This document shows, piece by piece, positions 9,296 to 18,737 of a stretch of DNA of 64,000 nt. Numbering within the stretch: the first letter of the stretch is position 1; every line of letters begins with the position of its first letter. Source of the DNA: a virus. Location: IMG/VR virus record IMGVR_UViG_3300009184_000033, positions 68,045 to 132,044 of that record. One strand, written 5' to 3'. The translations under genes were made by a program, and so were the position numbers. Under the pieces are notes generated by a model. That model did no database searches. It saw only the letters and a program-made list of their open reading frames with translations, and had not been told where the DNA came from.

Positions 9296-11026
9296 TCACT
9301 TGATTTCATCAAATTCTGGAGCGCGCTCCAGAACAAACCTGTACCTCTTTCCATTCTTGTTGAACCTCACCGTGAGGCAGTCCTCTTCCTCGATGAGGGT
9401 GTAGTCTCCACGCTCGTTTCTTAGGTGGAGGTCTCCAGTAAATATGTTTGCAAATCTTGCGGTGTCTGAGCCGAGATTCCTGGTCCTATTTCCATCTGGT
9501 ATGATGTCGGAAGCCAGAAGAGAGTTGACCACGAGCGTGTCAGTGGAATCGGTGCCGAGATGAGCTGAGCCTGAGACTACTGCGTCACCACCAAACACGG
9601 AAGCACCGCGGGTGATTCCTCCCTTTGCTCCCCTCTTGCCTGATACAAAGAAAGTCGTGTCGTTCGATGAGAAGGGGTTGGCAGGACCAGCATACAATCC
9701 AGAGAATATCGACATCACTGATCCGGTGGCGGCGCCGTTAGGCCTGACCTCCAGATAGTTTACGGTGTTTCCGATAGAGGTGTTCACTGAGGCGAGGAAT
9801 GTCCCACCCAAGGTCCTGTTCCTGATGCTGAGCTCTCCGCCAGAGCTCATGTTGAAGATTGAGTAGCCTGTTGCGCCGTCAATGTACAGCGTACCTGAGA
9901 CTAGAGTATCACCACCAAACACCGACATGCCAGAAGATGGCTTTGCAGAAAGTGTTCCCTTTGAACCGGAGACAAAGAAGAAGACCTCTGAACCGACATT
10001 TGCCGTGGTGTAGCTGGCGCCCAGCGCTCCTGCCAGTGCAAGGGATCCAGTGGAGTTTAGCTTTCCCGCTGATGGATCTGTGAAGAATGAAGTTCCACTT
10101 CCGCCACCAGCTGCAGAGATAGTGATTGCACCGCTGGAGCCCGTGGTGATTGTGATGTTGGAACCAGCTATGAGATAAGAAGATCCATCTGAGAGCTTAG
10201 TTAGAGATCCCGATATTCCTCGAACTGCAGCTATTGTTCCTGATATGACAAGGTCGCCACCAAAGACTGATGTTCCTCTGGTAGTGCTGCTCCTCGTGCC
10301 TGGAATTCCTTCGACATAGAAGTTTGTGTCTTGAGACACAGTTGGATTTGCAGCAACTGAGCTGGGAAGCGTCCCTGAGCTGATTAGCGTTACGCTTTGG
10401 CCATTATTTCTTGGATAGATTCTGATGACGTTGGCGCCGATACCATTTGGCGCAGTAACACTCAGCCAAAGCTCGCCACCAGACTTTGAGTTTGTGACAT
10501 AGTAGTTCCCATCTGAGTAGTAAGAGTGGTCTACTCTACCTGCGCTTGAGCTCAGGACTAGTTGCGGCCTATCAACATTATCGTCTTTGACCGTGAGAGA
10601 TCCGGTTACTCCAGCTGATCCCGACAGGATCATCGCACCCTTTATGTACGATGAACCGGTTAGGGTCAGGTTGTTGCTGGAGAAAGTTAGGTTGCTGCTT
10701 CCAGCAAAGGAGCCTGCGTTATTGTACTGAATGCTATTTGTCGGAAGACCTGGCGTAGTTGACGAGACTCCGAATAGAGATCCAGAGATGTATACGTCAC
10801 CACCGAAGGTGACTCTGTCGTTGCCACCAGCTGATCCAGATATAAACAGCCATGTGTCTGATCCAGTGCCGGCAAGCACTAGATTGCTGGTATCGACGTT
10901 GACACCTTCGTTTCCAGAGGCTCCACTGCCGATCAGCAAAAGCCTCGGATTCGCAGAGCTACCAGATGCTATGATCCTCTCGGCTCTTATGCCAGATGCT
11001 TTGAAGTCTGATGGTTTCTGTGCCAT
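9296..11026 (-). CDS. Tail fibre-like structural protein (576 aa)
   Basis: Four F(F)VSG..FGGD..SG modules; C-terminal RFANIFTGDLHLRNERGDYTLIEEEDCL domain paralogous to 6617..9226. Confidence 0.7.
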   Translation of the reverse strand: MAQKPSDFKASGIRAERIIASGSSANPRLLLIGSGASGNEGVNVDTSNLVLAGTGSDTWLFISGSAGGNDRVTFGGDVYISGSLFGVSSTTPGLPTNSIQYNNAGSFAGSSNLTFSSNNLTLTGSSYIKGAMILSGSAGVTGSLTVKDDNVDRPQLVLSSSAGRVDHSYYSDGNYYVTNSKSGGELWLSVTAPNGIGANVIRIYPRNNGQSVTLISSGTLPSSVAANPTVSQDTNFYVEGIPGTRSSTTRGTSVFGGDLVISGTIAAVRGISGSLTKLSDGSSYLIAGSNITITTGSSGAITISAAGGGSGTSFFTDPSAGKLNSTGSLALAGALGASYTTANVGSEVFFFVSGSKGTLSAKPSSGMSVFGGDTLVSGTLYIDGATGYSIFNMSSGGELSIRNRTLGGTFLASVNTSIGNTVNYLEVRPNGAATGSVMSIFSGLYAGPANPFSSNDTTFFVSGKRGAKGGITRGASVFGGDAVVSGSAHLGTDSTDTLVVNSLLASDIIPDGNRTRNLGSDTARFANIFTGDLHLRNERGDYTLIEEEDCLTVRFNKNGKRYRFVLERAPEFDEIK

Positions 11027-11268
11027 TATCTAGAGCTCACAATCAAGTAGTTCACGGCAGAGACCTCATCTTGTGTGGCGTTTATGAGGTACACCTCTTC
11101 GTCGACCGTGTGGATCGAGATGTTTGTGTTCTCATCTGGGGTTGCCACTATCGCAGTAGTTGACGTCTCAAGCTCAGTATTGGTGACCAAGAGCGGCGCA
11201 ATGCCACCCGTGGTCACAGATGTCTTCCCAAACTGGATTTGGACGTTGTGTACTCCGAACCAGCTCAT
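11026..11268 (-). CDS. Small hypothetical, probably structural
   Basis: Coupled ORF (stop/start overlap), beta-rich composition. Confidence 0.6.
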   Translation of the reverse strand: MSWFGVHNVQIQFGKTSVTTGGIAPLLVTNTELETSTTAIVATPDENTNISIHTVDEEVYLINATQDEVSAVNYLIVSSR

Positions 11269-11579
11269 GTATTCACCACCACGACTGAGGCTGCGCTATT
11301 GTTTGGTATGCTTGCCCCAATCTGCACCTGAGTCGTGGAGATTGATAGAACAAATACGCTAAAAGATTCATCTAGAGATGTGGCCACGACATTTGGGACT
11401 GACGTATACTCATTCTCAAAGAGATAAGTTACTGTCGAGCCGCCGTTGAAGTTCAGCGTGGCACTCTCTAGGGCAAATGGCTCCTCGGTCGTGTACACGT
11501 TACGAGCAGCCCACCTGACGCCTGGGTAGGTCTTTCTATATCTGTTTAGGTCTCTAGACTTGAGAACGACTCTTCCCAT
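11265..11579 (-). CDS. Small hypothetical, probably structural
   Basis: GAGGG RBS, ATGA overlap with next gene. Confidence 0.6.
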   Translation of the reverse strand: MGRVVLKSRDLNRYRKTYPGVRWAARNVYTTEEPFALESATLNFNGGSTVTYLFENEYTSVPNVVATSLDESFSVFVLSISTTQVQIGASIPNNSAASVVVVNT

Positions 11580-11612
11580 GGAACCCTCTGACGTAAATAG
11601 GCGTCTTTGGGA

Positions 11613-12929
11613 TTATAGTTCTCTGCTTGCCAAAGTTGCAAGAGGAGAACGTTCGCCACGGTCAAGCTTTATGTGTCCAAACAGCTCGTTGCCCTTCAGC
11701 TTCTCGATTGCAATTGCGAGGCCGTTTGAGTGGCGGTCGAGGTACGGAGTGTCAACCTGGTCAGTGTCACCAAGCAGGACAATCTTTGTCCCTGCGCCAC
11801 ATCGAGTCACAATTGTCTTGATCTCATGGATGCTCAGATTCTGAGACTCATCGACAATCACATAACAATTGTTGAAGCTTCTTCCTCTGATGTAGCTTAC
11901 CGGCGAGATTTCGATGTTTCCCTTCTGGCGCATCATCTCAAAGTAGGACGGGTCATGGAATGCGCTCCTGAAGTTGTCAATGATGGGCATCAGCCACGGT
12001 GCCATCTTGTCGTCGATAGTGCCGGGTAGGAATCCGAGGTCGCGACCGACAGGTTCGATGGACCTCGTGATCACAATCCTGTCGTACACCTTGGCGTTGA
12101 GACCTGACATGCCGGCAACAAGAGCCAAGAAAGTCTTTCCAGAGCCGGCTAGCCCCGTGAGGCTTACCAGTGGAATGTCCTTGTTGGTGAGCAGGTGGAG
12201 CGCCGCGGTCTGCTCCTTGCTTCTCGGCTTCACGCCGATCGACTGCTCCATGAACATCTTCGGCTTCACTACCTTTCCCTTGTTGTAGATGCCGATGAAT
12301 CCCTTCTGCGGATCAATGTCGCTAGTCGCATGGACCAGCTGGTTCTCATAGAGCACCACCTCTGGATCAATGAGCTCGACCTCTCCGTCTCGGTAGAAGT
12401 CATCCACATCTCTTGTGGTCACGTCGATTGAGCACTGACCAGTGTATGCCTCTGATCCGTCTCGATAAGCCTTGGGGATGTCCGTGTAGTAGTCCTCGGC
12501 GCGGACACCGAGGGCATCGCACTTGACTCTGAGATTTATGTCCTTGGAGATGACTCTGACTTCTCGGTCAGGATTCTGCGACTTGATGGCCAGTGCGACA
12601 GCGACGATCTTGTTGTCGCCCTTCTCGATAGGAAACTCGACTGGCGTGGCATCTTCCTCGACAGGAACCCGCTCGACTCTGATCACAATGTCGGTGTTTG
12701 GAACCTGGACTCCGTCATGCAAGCTGCCAATCTTACGGAGCGAGTCGAGGAATCTATTGACCTCTCTCGCGGCAGATCCAATCTGCTCCTTCTTCTCCTT
12801 GAAGCGGTCGAGCTCTTCCAGAACGATCAGGGGAATGATAACATCGTTCCCGTGGAAGAACTTTAGCGAATTCGGATCGTACAGCATCACACTAGTGTCG
12901 ATTACTAGAAGCTTTCTCTGGTTCAACAT
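11613..12929 (-). CDS. phoH: PhoH2-type protein (PIN domain + PhoH ATPase)
   Basis: N-terminal VIDTSVMLYDP..VLEELDRFK (PIN); GLAGSGKT; RGRSFNNCYVIVDESQNLS; VLLGDTDQVD. Confidence 0.92.
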   Translation of the reverse strand: MLNQRKLLVIDTSVMLYDPNSLKFFHGNDVIIPLIVLEELDRFKEKKEQIGSAAREVNRFLDSLRKIGSLHDGVQVPNTDIVIRVERVPVEEDATPVEFPIEKGDNKIVAVALAIKSQNPDREVRVISKDINLRVKCDALGVRAEDYYTDIPKAYRDGSEAYTGQCSIDVTTRDVDDFYRDGEVELIDPEVVLYENQLVHATSDIDPQKGFIGIYNKGKVVKPKMFMEQSIGVKPRSKEQTAALHLLTNKDIPLVSLTGLAGSGKTFLALVAGMSGLNAKVYDRIVITRSIEPVGRDLGFLPGTIDDKMAPWLMPIIDNFRSAFHDPSYFEMMRQKGNIEISPVSYIRGRSFNNCYVIVDESQNLSIHEIKTIVTRCGAGTKIVLLGDTDQVDTPYLDRHSNGLAIAIEKLKGNELFGHIKLDRGERSPLATLASREL

Positions 12930-12981
12930 GTCTCCCTTGACAATCTTATCTTATTGGCTTCAGCTGCAGATGATACAGAGA

Positions 12982-15045
12982 TCAATCCAGTGTCGGCACT
13001 AATCCACCGCACACTGCGTACCAACCGTTGTCATTTCCACCGGCAACAAACTTTGCAACTAGCTCGACCCACTGCCTCTGCGTGGGGAGCGTCACAGATC
13101 CAAGGCCTGAAGTGCCAAGAACAATAACATTCTCGGTGCCATCTGGCTTGATTGTTCCAGTGCCACCTGCAAATATCATGTTGGAAATTGTCAGCACCCT
13201 ACCGTGGATCGACTCAGAAAGAGCAGGAAGAGCTAAATCTGCTGTTGCCGTGAACCTTATGTAGCGTGCAGTGCTGCTTACTCCAACATTGGATGAAACA
13301 ACTTGAATGTCGCTTGCGTAGAAGTCGCCATTGTACTCGAATGATCCGCTGACAGTTGTCTTTCCGCCTTGTGCAGTGCCGAGATTGATTACTGTCTTTG
13401 AGCCGCTTGCATTTCCTGTACCAATGTTGACTGTCTTGTCATTACCAGAAGTTGAAGTTCCTGTGCCAATGTTGTAGGTTGAAGCGCCTGTCGAACCACC
13501 GCCTATTGTCACCGTCTGGGCTGCAGAAGCGCCGCCGATGTTGAGAGTGGTAGCAGTTCCAGCAAAACTTACCGTTGTCGCAATCGTGTTCAGGACGTTG
13601 ACACTGGTGAATCCTGTCGAGGGTATCAAATCACCGTTGAAGTAGGTCCTGCCGCGGTGCTCAGTGTCTGCGCTTGATAGCCTTATTGCAACTGCACCCG
13701 ATGATGACTGGATGTCGTTGCCAGAGATGTTGACGCCGTTGTAGACGCCCATCTGGGCACCAACAATAAGCTTTGAGAAGTTTACCTGTCCAATGGTGAG
13801 GGTGTTGTTTCCAAGCGTCGGGAATAGATTTATGTCTTTGGTCGAAGGTATGTCGATCGTGTTTGCACTGCCAATGACTAACGCGCCCGAGAGATAGAGG
13901 TTGTTCCCGTTTGAAGTGTACCAGAGCCCACCGCTTCCGCTGAATGCGCTTCCAGCCGCATTTGCCAGCTGTATCTGGTTTCCAGCGCCGCCTGGAGTTC
14001 CTCCACCTGTAGCTCCAATAGTCCACTGACCGTTTGTGGCATTGTAACTGACCGTTGCGTTTCCACTCTGTGCCAAGAATGCCGTGGAGCCATCGACAGT
14101 GCCAATCGATCCGGTCATGTTTCTGGCCATGAACGAGCCAGTGACGGCTGTCAGGTCAGAGGAGTCATTGCCAAGCAGAGACGTACCAGAGACAATCAAG
14201 TTTCCTGAGACCGCGACATTGCTTCCAGTTGTCTGGATTGCCACAGCTCCGGCGCTTGACTTGATTTCATTTCCCTTGAGCTGGAAGTTTGTGGCCGTGA
14301 TTGTGCCTGAGACATACAGGTTGTTTCCGTTCGAAGTGAACCAAAGCCCGCCGCTTCCGCTGAAAGCCGTGCCTGCTGAGTCCGCTAGCTGTACCTGATT
14401 GGAAGCTCCACCTGGAGTTCCACCACCACCCGATGCGCCGATTGTCCACTGCCCAGTGGCACTGTTGAAGCTCACGGTAGCATTTCCACTCTGTGCAAGA
14501 AATGGCGTAGATCCATCGACCGATGAGATCGAGCCAGTGATGTTTCTAGAGAGCAGAGATCCAGTTATGGTAGTCTTGTTCGAAGAATTCTGTCCAAGAG
14601 TAGAGTTTCCTGAGGTGTAGACACCACCCGAGACGTACAGGTTGTTTCCATTTGACGTGAACCAAAGTCCAGAGCTGGCACTCATGGCACTAGCGCCGGC
14701 ATTCGCCATCTGGATCTGGTTCACAAATCCCGCAGGAGTTCCTCCGCCACTGGCACCAATCGTCCACTGTCCACTTGCGGCATTGTAGCTTACTGTGGCG
14801 CCAGAACCCTGGGTCAGGAAAGCCGTGGAGCCATCGACAGTGCCAATGGATCCAGTCATGCTCCGCGCCTTGAACGATCCAGTGACCTGCACCTGGTCAG
14901 CCAGCGTGTCTCCCATGTAGGAAGATCCGCTCACGATCAGGTTGTTGTTCACAGAATTGATGGAGCCAAGAAGCAGTGAGTAGCTTCCATCAGATCCGCT
15001 GTATGTGTATGTGGTCCCAGGGACTAGCGACAATTTGCTGGCCAA
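12982..15045 (-). CDS. Fibre-like structural protein with three internal repeats (TTG start)
   Basis: 3x [MTGSI..VDGST.FL.Q..ATVS.N...GQWTIGA.GGG.TP.G..NQ.Q.A...GLW.TSNGNNLY.SG]. Confidence 0.7.
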   Translation of the reverse strand: MASKLSLVPGTTYTYSGSDGSYSLLLGSINSVNNNLIVSGSSYMGDTLADQVQVTGSFKARSMTGSIGTVDGSTAFLTQGSGATVSYNAASGQWTIGASGGGTPAGFVNQIQMANAGASAMSASSGLWFTSNGNNLYVSGGVYTSGNSTLGQNSSNKTTITGSLLSRNITGSISSVDGSTPFLAQSGNATVSFNSATGQWTIGASGGGGTPGGASNQVQLADSAGTAFSGSGGLWFTSNGNNLYVSGTITATNFQLKGNEIKSSAGAVAIQTTGSNVAVSGNLIVSGTSLLGNDSSDLTAVTGSFMARNMTGSIGTVDGSTAFLAQSGNATVSYNATNGQWTIGATGGGTPGGAGNQIQLANAAGSAFSGSGGLWYTSNGNNLYLSGALVIGSANTIDIPSTKDINLFPTLGNNTLTIGQVNFSKLIVGAQMGVYNGVNISGNDIQSSSGAVAIRLSSADTEHRGRTYFNGDLIPSTGFTSVNVLNTIATTVSFAGTATTLNIGGASAAQTVTIGGGSTGASTYNIGTGTSTSGNDKTVNIGTGNASGSKTVINLGTAQGGKTTVSGSFEYNGDFYASDIQVVSSNVGVSSTARYIRFTATADLALPALSESIHGRVLTISNMIFAGGTGTIKPDGTENVIVLGTSGLGSVTLPTQRQWVELVAKFVAGGNDNGWYAVCGGLVPTLD

Positions 15046-15068
15046 TCTACGCTCCAGTTCTCACTGAC

Positions 15069-15075
15069 TAAGTAT
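15069..15075 (-). promoter_or_regulatory. ATANTTA motif (ATACTTA)
   Basis: 23 nt upstream of start 15045. Confidence 0.55.
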
Positions 15076-15140
15076 CACTCTCTAGAGCCGCGCCACTGAT
15101 GACAAAATGAACATAGCGTTTTGGACTCTTATAGTATCTC

Positions 15141-15404
15141 ATGGCGGAGATCATGAAAGACACTGTAATACCTGAGACCACTTGCTTTGAGGAGCACAAG
15201 AAGCGCTCACTGACCTGCGAGAAGTCGAGCTGCAGAAACTGGATGAAGTGCGGTGAGCACCTCAATTGCGCGATTCTTGCGGCTGATACTGGACCCTGGA
15301 TCCTTCAGGACATTGGTGACATCTTTGGCGTCACCAGGATGAGAATCTGCCAGATCGAGAAGGACATCATCGGGAAGCTGGCAAAGACTGAGCTCGGTAC
15401 ATAG
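15141..15404 (+). CDS. Stand-alone sigma-70 region-4 HTH protein with Cys-rich N-terminus
   Basis: WILQDIGDIFGVTRMRICQIEKDIIGKL resembles sigma 4.2 TLEEVG..FDVTRERIRQIE..ALRKL; C/H cluster upstream. Confidence 0.75.
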   Translation: MAEIMKDTVIPETTCFEEHKKRSLTCEKSSCRNWMKCGEHLNCAILAADTGPWILQDIGDIFGVTRMRICQIEKDIIGKLAKTELGT

Positions 15405-15408
15405 AGAA

Positions 15409-15432
15409 ATCGCCGGCCTCTCGACCGGCGAT
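15409..15432 (-). terminator. Intrinsic terminator, GAGA tetraloop
   Basis: Minus strand atcgccggtc-gaga-ggccggcgat then ttctct, between convergent genes. Confidence 0.65.
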
Positions 15433-15451
15433 GCGCCTCTGCCTGAGGAAT

Positions 15452-15649
15452 TTACTCCTCAGTCTTTCGATCCTTCTCGACCTCGAGGCTCTCCTTCACC
15501 AGGGCGGCAACCTCGGTCTTCAGGAGGCGAAGTCCCTTTCGGGCTCGAATGCCAGCACTGGCATTTCCATTCTCCTGCTTTGCAATGTCGAGGTCCAAGC
15601 TATCGACCAGGACCTTGATCTCTTCCCACTTGCTCTTTAGATTTGCCAT
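15452..15649 (-). CDS. Histone H1-like Hc1-family nucleoid protein
   Basis: GNASAGIRARKGLRLLK matches the GNxxAGxRARK core of short Hc1-like proteins. Confidence 0.7.
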   Translation of the reverse strand: MANLKSKWEEIKVLVDSLDLDIAKQENGNASAGIRARKGLRLLKTEVAALVKESLEVEKDRKTEE

Positions 15650-15659
15650 GTTGTCTCTC

Positions 15660-15899
15660 CTAAGTTATGATTGGACTGGAACTCTGAGCCTCGTCGAGTC
15701 CATCGAGCAGAGGCTTCACGACTTCCACGACGCCCTCAAGAGCGTCTCTATCTTCTAGCTCAAGGGCTAGCAAGTAGATTATCTTTGTGATCTGATACTG
15801 AGAAACTCCAAACTTGAGTATCTCTTGCGTAATCTCGCGAGACTTGATCGACTCTTCGACCCTCTTCTCGCCCTCAATCTGACCGTATAGCTTTGTCAC
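15660..15899 (-). CDS. Hypothetical protein
   Basis: GTG start overlapping upstream stop. Confidence 0.65.
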   Translation of the reverse strand: MTKLYGQIEGEKRVEESIKSREITQEILKFGVSQYQITKIIYLLALELEDRDALEGVVEVVKPLLDGLDEAQSSSPIIT

Positions 15900-16354
15900 A
15901 TATCCTCCGTGTTGAAGGGCTCGACCCTGAAGTTTGTCGGTCCATCAATCCGCAAGATCTTCCCAGAAGTTCCGCCCTCAAGCTCTTCACGGACCAGCGT
16001 TGTCCATGTTCCCCACTTCTGGTTGTGGAAAGCAAACTGGACTAGCTGCCAGGTCGCCAGGTCGCACGAATAAGACTCAAGGACGTTGGACAGAGATGTC
16101 GGAAGCGTCAGCTTGATGTCTTTTTCAGTGATCATCGACCTGAGCTCGTCTTTGCCGATCATGATTTCAGACTTACAGACGTCAGTGATCTTGTGGACAG
16201 CCCCGCAATTATTGCACTGTGCATGGGCCTGCTGGACCTTTCCCTCGTCATCAATGACACTGAAGACGACAAACTTGTGAAACACCTGATTCGGCTTGCC
16301 CTTTAGCTGGGGCAAGATGCACATACACTCGATCAGATGTTTTGTCCCCTCCAT
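15896..16354 (-). CDS. Hypothetical protein, possible Zn-binding
   Basis: CxC..C and CNNCG..H..C motifs. Confidence 0.7.
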   Translation of the reverse strand: MEGTKHLIECMCILPQLKGKPNQVFHKFVVFSVIDDEGKVQQAHAQCNNCGAVHKITDVCKSEIMIGKDELRSMITEKDIKLTLPTSLSNVLESYSCDLATWQLVQFAFHNQKWGTWTTLVREELEGGTSGKILRIDGPTNFRVEPFNTEDM

Positions 16355-16355
16355 G

Positions 16356-16589
16356 TCAGTTGTACAGTCTCACCAGCTGGTCAAGAGCAACAGTGCGGCT
16401 CTTCTCGTTGCAGACTCGAAGAAGCTCTGCAATCCTCTGTACCGACTCATCATCGAGCTTCAGTAGGCGTCGATTCTCTAAGATTGCCGTAAGAGACTCG
16501 TTTCGATTGATCTCAAACACGTCATTGATCATCTGGCCAACCTGGCCCTGCTTCGGACCAGAGGGCTGTGAACTTGCAGGCTTTAACAT
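16356..16589 (-). CDS. Hypothetical protein
   Basis: Start reassigned to ATG 16589 (AGGAG RBS); track start overlaps upstream gene. Confidence 0.55.
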   Translation of the reverse strand: MLKPASSQPSGPKQGQVGQMINDVFEINRNESLTAILENRRLLKLDDESVQRIAELLRVCNEKSRTVALDQLVRLYN

Positions 16590-16620
16590 TTTTATTGTAC
16601 TCCTGAGGAAGTCTAAGACA

Positions 16621-17127
16621 TTAAGCAGCGTTAGTAAATGCATTTTTGGTCTTTTTGTCCGCGAGACAGCTGGCAGCCCAAGACTCTGGCTTGATGATCG
16701 GCTTGAAACCCATTCCCTGGACATATGACTGGAGGCTCTTCTGGCAAACAGAAGATCCAGCAGAAGGGTCACTGTTGCAGTCCAGGTGGACTGAGATGTC
16801 GAGGCTCTCATTTCTGTCGCGAAGTGTCTGGGCAACTTCAAGCGAGTGTGAAGTCTCGAGCTCCAGCCTCTTCCTGAGATTTGGCACAGAGCTCTTCATG
16901 ATCTTCTCTCGAGACCAGAAGTACTTGCCACCACGTCCAGGTCGATAGAGGGCAATCACAGTGACGAAAGAGACCTGCTTGCCCTTGGGGTCAGAGTCAG
17001 TTCCAACGTGGAGCTCAGCACCGCTCGAGATTTCTTCAAGGACCTGGTCGATGATTTCATTGAAGTCGTACTCGACCTGAGCTCCAGAAAACCAGTTTCT
17101 GTCCTGAATGTTCTTATCTGGTATCAT
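16621..17127 (-). CDS. RNase H-like YkuK/DUF458-family protein
   Basis: LHVGTDS, ETSHSLEVA, VHLDCN, QGMGFKPIIKPESWAASCLAD. Confidence 0.8.
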   Translation of the reverse strand: MIPDKNIQDRNWFSGAQVEYDFNEIIDQVLEEISSGAELHVGTDSDPKGKQVSFVTVIALYRPGRGGKYFWSREKIMKSSVPNLRKRLELETSHSLEVAQTLRDRNESLDISVHLDCNSDPSAGSSVCQKSLQSYVQGMGFKPIIKPESWAASCLADKKTKNAFTNAA

Positions 17128-18424
17128 TTGCGATCACAGCTCCTATCTTTCTCATGGAATCTGCCAGCTCAGTGCCAATCTTCATTCCACTAACCAGAGA
17201 TCCAGCTGGCAAGGACCTAATTTTAGGTAGCAGATCAGAGGTGGAAATTCCCTCAACGTCTCCTGCTGAGATTCTACCCGTCAAACAGAACCCGTTTACG
17301 ATCCCAAGCGCAGAACGTATGCGGTCTTCGATAAGTCCAGACATCTCACCAACGCTGCGACCCAGCCAGATCTCAACAACGGCAGGGTTTAGGTTGGCCG
17401 CTCGATCCTCAAAGAGCTTACGCTTGTCTTCGACTTGCTCGCTTGCAGCCTGATCCAGAAGCCACCTGGCGTGTTCCCAGACGCTGTGGGAACGTTCAGG
17501 ATTTTCGATAGTGCACTCTCTTACGCTAGACACGATCCTCTTGACGCTTGGAATTTCTTCTAGCTTTATGCTCGAGATCAGGTCGCCCTTGAGCGGCGAG
17601 ACAGCCGAATGACCAATGCATACGCAAAGGTCACGGATCAAGTTTATCGTATCCAAGCTCGTGGGCACAATGTGCGGAATGACCCTCAGAGACCCTCTGA
17701 GGTAGTTCACTGCAAGTGTGTGGATTACTTCTGGTTCGAATCCCCGGGCAAACAGAAACAATCTGCGTTTGGTCTGTGAGTATGATTCGAGTATGTGGTT
17801 GATCTCTGAGACGGTGGTGACTACTCCATCGATTGCAGCAACGTCACAGTCGAGAAAATCAAAAGTCTTCTGGCCAGAGCCCTGGCAGAAATTTGGATCG
17901 ACCCCAGCTCCAAACCTGTAGCCCTCGTGGACTTTGATTCTGATGTCGAACTCATCAGATCTCTTCAGGCGAATTGTGCCAGAACTTCCCGCGGCGGCAA
18001 GGGCTTGTCTAACCACCGCGGTGGTGATGGGGCATGATGAGACATGAGATAACGCGGCATTGAGCTCATCTATGTCCATGAACCTCGAAGTGTGGCTGAT
18101 CTCATGCAGGTCCTTTTTACCAGATCCGAGATAAGATGACACGAATCCGCAGACCACAAAATAGCTGGATCCTGGAATCTTCCTCTCGGCTGAGACAATC
18201 GCCTCAATGAGCGCAGCCCTACAAGACCTTGCTGACATTGAATTCGCACGCTGTTCGTGGACGACACGAAGGCAATCAAGGTACTCGAGCCTCTCAGCGC
18301 GATTTCCAAATGAGACTGTGAGATGGCCATCACGAAGCTTCTTCACCGAAGCCTCAAGAGACTCAACCCATGAACGGATCTCGTCGTGGTGCTGGTCTCC
18401 TGAGATGGGAAGGCTATTTTCCAT
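17114..18424 (-). CDS. Highly divergent GroEL/chaperonin-like protein
   Basis: Apical-domain-like AIDGVVTTVSEINHILE..LFLFARGFEPEVIHTLAVN..IRDLCVCIG; no GDGTTT. Confidence 0.6.
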   Translation of the reverse strand: MENSLPISGDQHHDEIRSWVESLEASVKKLRDGHLTVSFGNRAERLEYLDCLRVVHEQRANSMSARSCRAALIEAIVSAERKIPGSSYFVVCGFVSSYLGSGKKDLHEISHTSRFMDIDELNAALSHVSSCPITTAVVRQALAAAGSSGTIRLKRSDEFDIRIKVHEGYRFGAGVDPNFCQGSGQKTFDFLDCDVAAIDGVVTTVSEINHILESYSQTKRRLFLFARGFEPEVIHTLAVNYLRGSLRVIPHIVPTSLDTINLIRDLCVCIGHSAVSPLKGDLISSIKLEEIPSVKRIVSSVRECTIENPERSHSVWEHARWLLDQAASEQVEDKRKLFEDRAANLNPAVVEIWLGRSVGEMSGLIEDRIRSALGIVNGFCLTGRISAGDVEGISTSDLLPKIRSLPAGSLVSGMKIGTELADSMRKIGAVIANDTR

Positions 18425-18696
18425 TAGTTGACGCTCTCGTTCTTGTTTTTGACAAAGCTCGAGAGATTTATCGCAGATCCACGCTCCGCAAGTTTAGAAG
18501 TCAATGATTCCACTGTCTTGCTGAGGATCTCTGCCTGATTCTTCTTCTCCTGAGAGATGTAAGCAAGCCTGAGGAAAGATCCCGCAGATCCCACAGTGAT
18601 GAGGGACCACCCAGGAATGACCTGACCAATCCCAAGCAGCGCAATACCGCCCGCAACCATGATCTCAGGTACCCCAATTGTAATGTTCATTGACAC
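18424..18696 (-). CDS. Small membrane protein
   Basis: Two N-terminal hydrophobic segments. Confidence 0.6.
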   Translation of the reverse strand: MSMNITIGVPEIMVAGGIALLGIGQVIPGWSLITVGSAGSFLRLAYISQEKKNQAEILSKTVESLTSKLAERGSAINLSSFVKNKNESVN

Positions 18697-18737
18697 TCCT
18701 CTTCACAATCTATATTGATTTCGAGAGTGTATAGAGC

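Noticed and set aside
6617-9450. Possible diversity-generating retroelement VR/TR pair in shared fibre C-termini
   Set aside because: Differences are mostly synonymous and not adenine-specific; no reverse transcriptase in the window.
17733-17744. GGTTCGAATCCC T-loop-like sequence
   Set aside because: Antisense to ARGFEP codons; no acceptor, D or anticodon stems. No tRNA recognised anywhere in the window.
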